Shown: positions 59,289 through 63,189 of the stretch, one piece after another
How the letters are laid out: each line of letters starts with the position of its first letter
Numbering within the stretch: position 1 is the stretch's first letter
Source: Deltaproteobacteria bacterium TL4
GTDB lineage: Bacteria > SAR324 > NAC60-12
DNA: 63,189 bases
NCBI GenBank assembly: GCA_051382335.1
Contig: JBBCAX010000078.1
Coordinates: forward strand, 1 to 63,189
Reading direction: 5' to 3'
Translations under genes and position numbers: made by a program
The notes under the pieces: model-generated
What the model was told of the DNA's origin: nothing
Databases searched by the model: none
The model's input: the letters and a program-made list of their open reading frames with translations, nothing else

Positions 59289-61079
59289 TTATGGTTGAAA
59301 AATTTCTGCGTTGCTTTTTTGTTGCTGTTGAGACTGTACCATCGAATAGAACACACTCTTTCTGTCAAGAAGATCCTTATAAGTCCCTTCTTCAAGAACG
59401 CTGCCCTCCTTTAACACATAGACATAATCCGCATGAGCAATGGTAGAAAGACGATGAGCAATCACAACAATCGTCAAACTACCCGCAATGTGATCAATCG
59501 CTTGTTGAATCAGCCGTTCCGATTCTGTATCCAGTGCACTGGTTGCTTCATCTAAAACCAATAACTCCGGTTTACGAACAAGCGCTCTGGCAAGTGCCAA
59601 TCTTTGACACTGCCCACCAGAAAGACGGATCCCTCGATCTCCTATAATGGTATCCAGACCTTCCGGGAGTTTTTCTATAAACTCTGTCGCATTGGCCTGA
59701 TCACAGGATTTCCATAACTCCCGCTCTGTCGCCTGAGCATTCGCCCACAATAAATTATCTCTTATACTCATATTAAAAAGTACCGCATCTTGAGGGACAT
59801 ACCCTATTTTTTGCCGATAAGAATCCAGATCATATTCTTGTAACGGGTTGCCATTTAAAAGGATTTTTCCTTTGTCAGGTGAGTTAAGTCCTAATAAAAG
59901 ATCAATGAGCGTTGATTTGCCGGAACCTGATTTCCCAACAACAGCAATCATTTTTCCCCGTGGAAACTGTAAATTAAGATTCACCAAAATGGGATCTTTC
60001 CCTGGATAAGTAAAACTTACATTTGTTAATCTAATGGGATCAATCAGTGAGGTGAAGATTTTAGTTCCACTCAACATTTCCCATTGTTGGGCTGTTTGTT
60101 TCAACTGTTGCACTTGCTCGTAACTGGGGAGGAAACCTCTCAGAAGATTTCTCTGGCTCACAATCTGTCCAATCAGGGGCAGAATACTATGTAACCCCCA
60201 GATCACCACTGCCGTTTCAGAAATAGGAATGGATATAACTTTGGTTGCCAATAAAGCTCCGAATAAAGCCAGCATTCCCAACGGTTCATAAATCAGAGGC
60301 ATTGCAAAAGATAAAGTTTGAGATTTAATAGTGGCTTGCCTATGCGCATCAAAGGCGGTGATATACCAGTTCATCCCCTGTTTTCGTTCACCAAACCCCA
60401 TAATCACTTTTGCGGCTCCTATAATTTCTTTTAAGGCGGTAGTAGTTATGTTAGCAGTACGAGTGTTTTCTTGTCCCATACGATAGTTGATTTTACCTAA
60501 TAATAAAATCGGCAGGGAACAAAGGACTGCCAGCAGAATACAGATTAAGGTGATCTCCCAGGCAATCACCAGAGGTACGATTAAAAAAATCAAAACCTGA
60601 CTTATATTCGCTATCAAGAGTCCCAATTGGCCAAAAGCATCCCCCACCATGCCAATCTCTCGCAAAAAAGTATTAAAAAAAGTCCCTTGAGAAGCATTAC
60701 TAAAGAAAATCCATTTTGCTTTAAAAAAGGACTCCAGGGTTTCTTGAGACAATTCTTGCAACACCTGATATTTCAGTCGAAGAGAAAGCCATCTTGCAAA
60801 GGTAAAAAAAACATTTTTCAATATTAAGGAACTAAGAAAAAAACCGATGAACACGAATATTGACGACGAAAGTCCAATTTTTTGTGCCTGTTGAATCAGT
60901 TTGAGGGTAATGGGGCTCATTCCCTGGAGATCAGGATGAAGAAAGAGGTCAACAATGGGAGCAATACTGACAACAGAGAATGCCGCAAATAATCCCTGGA
61001 TTGACAATAATGAAATCAGGTATAAAAAACTCTTTGGAAAACGACGAAAAAAAAGATAACCGAAAGTGAAGGTATTCAT
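59289..61079 (-). CDS. ABC transporter permease/ATPase (MsbA/PglK-like glycolipid flippase)
   Basis: N-terminal TM domain, GKSGSGKST, LSGGQCQR, LDEATSALD, IAHRLST. Confidence 0.9.
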   Translation of the reverse strand: MNTFTFGYLFFRRFPKSFLYLISLLSIQGLFAAFSVVSIAPIVDLFLHPDLQGMSPITLKLIQQAQKIGLSSSIFVFIGFFLSSLILKNVFFTFARWLSLRLKYQVLQELSQETLESFFKAKWIFFSNASQGTFFNTFLREIGMVGDAFGQLGLLIANISQVLIFLIVPLVIAWEITLICILLAVLCSLPILLLGKINYRMGQENTRTANITTTALKEIIGAAKVIMGFGERKQGMNWYITAFDAHRQATIKSQTLSFAMPLIYEPLGMLALFGALLATKVISIPISETAVVIWGLHSILPLIGQIVSQRNLLRGFLPSYEQVQQLKQTAQQWEMLSGTKIFTSLIDPIRLTNVSFTYPGKDPILVNLNLQFPRGKMIAVVGKSGSGKSTLIDLLLGLNSPDKGKILLNGNPLQEYDLDSYRQKIGYVPQDAVLFNMSIRDNLLWANAQATERELWKSCDQANATEFIEKLPEGLDTIIGDRGIRLSGGQCQRLALARALVRKPELLVLDEATSALDTESERLIQQAIDHIAGSLTIVVIAHRLSTIAHADYVYVLKEGSVLEEGTYKDLLDRKSVFYSMVQSQQQQKSNAEIFQP

Positions 61080-61127
61080 TAATTCCTTTTGAGAGGATTG
61101 AACTTGGAGATCTGTCTTTACTGGAAG

Positions 61128-62360
61128 TTAAGCCAATAAATATTGATGCTGTCGAAGAAATGCTGCGCCAATAAGAGGTTTGGAATCACCCCAATCACTC
61201 TTGGGTGCACATTGACGAAACAACTCCCAAAAACGTTCTTGCAAAGATTCATCTTCAGGATGTGCCTGCCAAGTTCCTTTTAACCGCTCATCGACCTCTA
61301 TGGCAAGGTCTCGAATTTCTTCTGGGGTGTTAGAGATGACCTCTACTCCAACCTCTACAAACTTATGAGATTGACCGACATTGTATAACCCAACCTCAAA
61401 CATTTCTCGCACACTCAGAAAACGTCCTTTTTCTTTGTGAAAGAGATGTTTAGTGATAAAGGGCAACGTATAGCACTGTTGCTTAGGAATCAAATCCGCT
61501 GCGGTTAAAGTAAAATTGATATAACAAACGGGTTTACGGAAAATGATTGGAAGGCATGCAATCCCAGAGTCACTTCCAATATAGAAAGAACAGCCTGAGC
61601 TCAAATAAATATCTCCAAAATCTGAACGCTGTGGACTTGAAGCATAGTCAATGATTTTTCGATTGGAACTAGACAGAGTCTCAGACTGTATCGAGCCCAT
61701 CCTGATTACAAAGTATCCCCTTTTTGTAAGTTCTTCAGCGGCACTCAACATACTCTGAACACTAAAATCACGATAATCGTGATAAGACCATTGCTGAATA
61801 TGCCCTAATGTTTGATCCAGGTAAGCACTATCCCGATTATGAATACAAATCCATTTTGAATCTGGGGGTATACCTAGTTGAGCGAGTAGTGCTCTCCCAC
61901 GTTGTTCTTCTTCAGTTGTGAAATGAAGATGAGGTGGCGTGGTTAGTAAATACTTATAATATTTTGATAAACCTGCCAATTTGATGTGATGGGTATCCCC
62001 TCTTGTCCAAAATTGACAACTTCGATCCAAGAGTCTCCATAGCCAAGCACCTTTGGTAATTGGAAATGTTCTTGCCCACATTGCCCGTAAATAATGATTA
62101 CAGACAGGTTCTGGACAACTAATAATATCCAGTCGTTTTCGAGCAGATACCTCATGATCCAAAGCACAAAGATAAGCCTCCGTGTCAGCCGCAAAGTGTC
62201 CTATCCGTTCGCTTCTCAATATCCCAAAACGAACTAAAATAAACGGACGAACAAGAACTGCAAGCAGCACCACAGGGGCAGTCAACAAAAGAAGTCCACC
62301 CGACCAGGCTCTTCTTACAAAGATTTTGATAAGATTAACCAATTCAATAGATTTATTCAT
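61128..62360 (-). CDS. Putative glycosyltransferase (TIGR04372-like)
   Basis: RIGHFA, CIHNRDSAY, YHDYRD, VIRMG, NTPEEI. Confidence 0.75.
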   Translation of the reverse strand: MNKSIELVNLIKIFVRRAWSGGLLLLTAPVVLLAVLVRPFILVRFGILRSERIGHFAADTEAYLCALDHEVSARKRLDIISCPEPVCNHYLRAMWARTFPITKGAWLWRLLDRSCQFWTRGDTHHIKLAGLSKYYKYLLTTPPHLHFTTEEEQRGRALLAQLGIPPDSKWICIHNRDSAYLDQTLGHIQQWSYHDYRDFSVQSMLSAAEELTKRGYFVIRMGSIQSETLSSSNRKIIDYASSPQRSDFGDIYLSSGCSFYIGSDSGIACLPIIFRKPVCYINFTLTAADLIPKQQCYTLPFITKHLFHKEKGRFLSVREMFEVGLYNVGQSHKFVEVGVEVISNTPEEIRDLAIEVDERLKGTWQAHPEDESLQERFWELFRQCAPKSDWGDSKPLIGAAFLRQHQYLLA

Positions 62361-62401
62361 TGAGAGTCGATGTTCGATAAAAAGTAGGGGAAATCATGAC
62401 A

Positions 62402-63163
62402 TTACAAGCGAATATCTTTAGGATAGGATTCAATGAGAGCGAGGCTCGCCCCAATATCATCAAGAGGCAAATTCATCAAAAAATCAATGGGCAATTCCCA
62501 CCAACAGGAGCTTTGAATTCGATTGATCTGTTTCTGACTAAACCGAAAACTCTTGATTTTGGCTGGACTTCCGACAGCAACACAATAGGGAGGAAGATCC
62601 GTGGTTACAACACTATTTGCACCAATGATGACTCCATCACCAATGGTTAATCCAGAAAGAACAACAACATTTGATGAAATCCATACATCATTCCCAACTG
62701 TTGAAGGACGTCTCCAAGTAAAATGCAACTCATTTGCTCTGGGTTCAGAAGGAACAGCCCATCCCCAAAATTTTTGATTCACCTTAAAAAGATGTGTGGA
62801 TAACCAGTTTTTAGGATGAGTTCCAGCGCCAAGTATAACATTATCACCAATGGAACAAAAAGCGCCTATTTCACAATCAGAAGCTCTAAAATCATTCCCA
62901 GAACCACTAAAACGACCAATAGCACACCTATTTACAATACAACGTTTACCAAACACTATGGGGCCTTCAGTTTTCAATTCCTTTAGAATGGTTCCTGAAT
63001 CATATGATACTATTTTAGTTTCATAACATACTGAGGGCGTATTGTTTTCTAAAAAGCTGTAACAATACCTTCGCCAAATTTGTAGCAGCGTAAAACGCAA
63101 AAAATTAAATGACCTGAAACATGAGGAACAATCTGATAATTTGTTTGTGACGAAACAAAACAA
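62402..63163 (-). CDS. CatB/Vat-related O-acetyltransferase; 5' end uncertain (frame open to window edge)
   Basis: IGAFCSIG, HPKNWLSTH, VGNDVWI, IGANSVVT, GSPAK..RF, WWE. Confidence 0.82.
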   Translation of the reverse strand: MFCFVTNKLSDCSSCFRSFNFLRFTLLQIWRRYCYSFLENNTPSVCYETKIVSYDSGTILKELKTEGPIVFGKRCIVNRCAIGRFSGSGNDFRASDCEIGAFCSIGDNVILGAGTHPKNWLSTHLFKVNQKFWGWAVPSEPRANELHFTWRRPSTVGNDVWISSNVVVLSGLTIGDGVIIGANSVVTTDLPPYCVAVGSPAKIKSFRFSQKQINRIQSSCWWELPIDFLMNLPLDDIGASLALIESYPKDIRL

Positions 63164-63189
63164 ACTTTTCAGGAGGAATTCCCCATGTT

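Overview
Bacterial chromosome segment (gene content and style suggest a deltaproteobacterial/SAR324-like organism; this is inference only). The left half (1-29.7 kb) is mostly housekeeping: rpoD, an orphan cheB-cheR pair, a SPOR protein, aat, panE, mutS, tRNA-Glu and tRNA-Ala, SLC13 and MFS transporters, lon, thrS, a pilH/pilI/pilG-like ABC module, asnS and several unassigned ORFs. The right half (30.2-63.2 kb) is a large mosaic surface-polysaccharide locus: a WcaJ-like priming transferase with an unusual ~335-aa C-terminal extension, Wzz, Wzy/WaaL, several glycosyltransferases, methyl- and acetyltransferases, an ABC flippase, and a block of sugar enzymes (SIS isomerase, transaldolase, HpcH aldolase, KdsB-like, SDRs, HADs). 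Inserted in this locus are a Schlafen/AlbA_2 gene and a four-gene DUF5678-retropepsin-MNT-HEPN cassette. In that cassette all three junctions overlap by 14 nt, the HEPN gene is broken, and a 56-bp piece of the HEPN gene is repeated upstream with the stop codon absent. Small MITE-like, IS-remnant and REP-like elements also occur. No CRISPR array, rRNA or integrase was seen.
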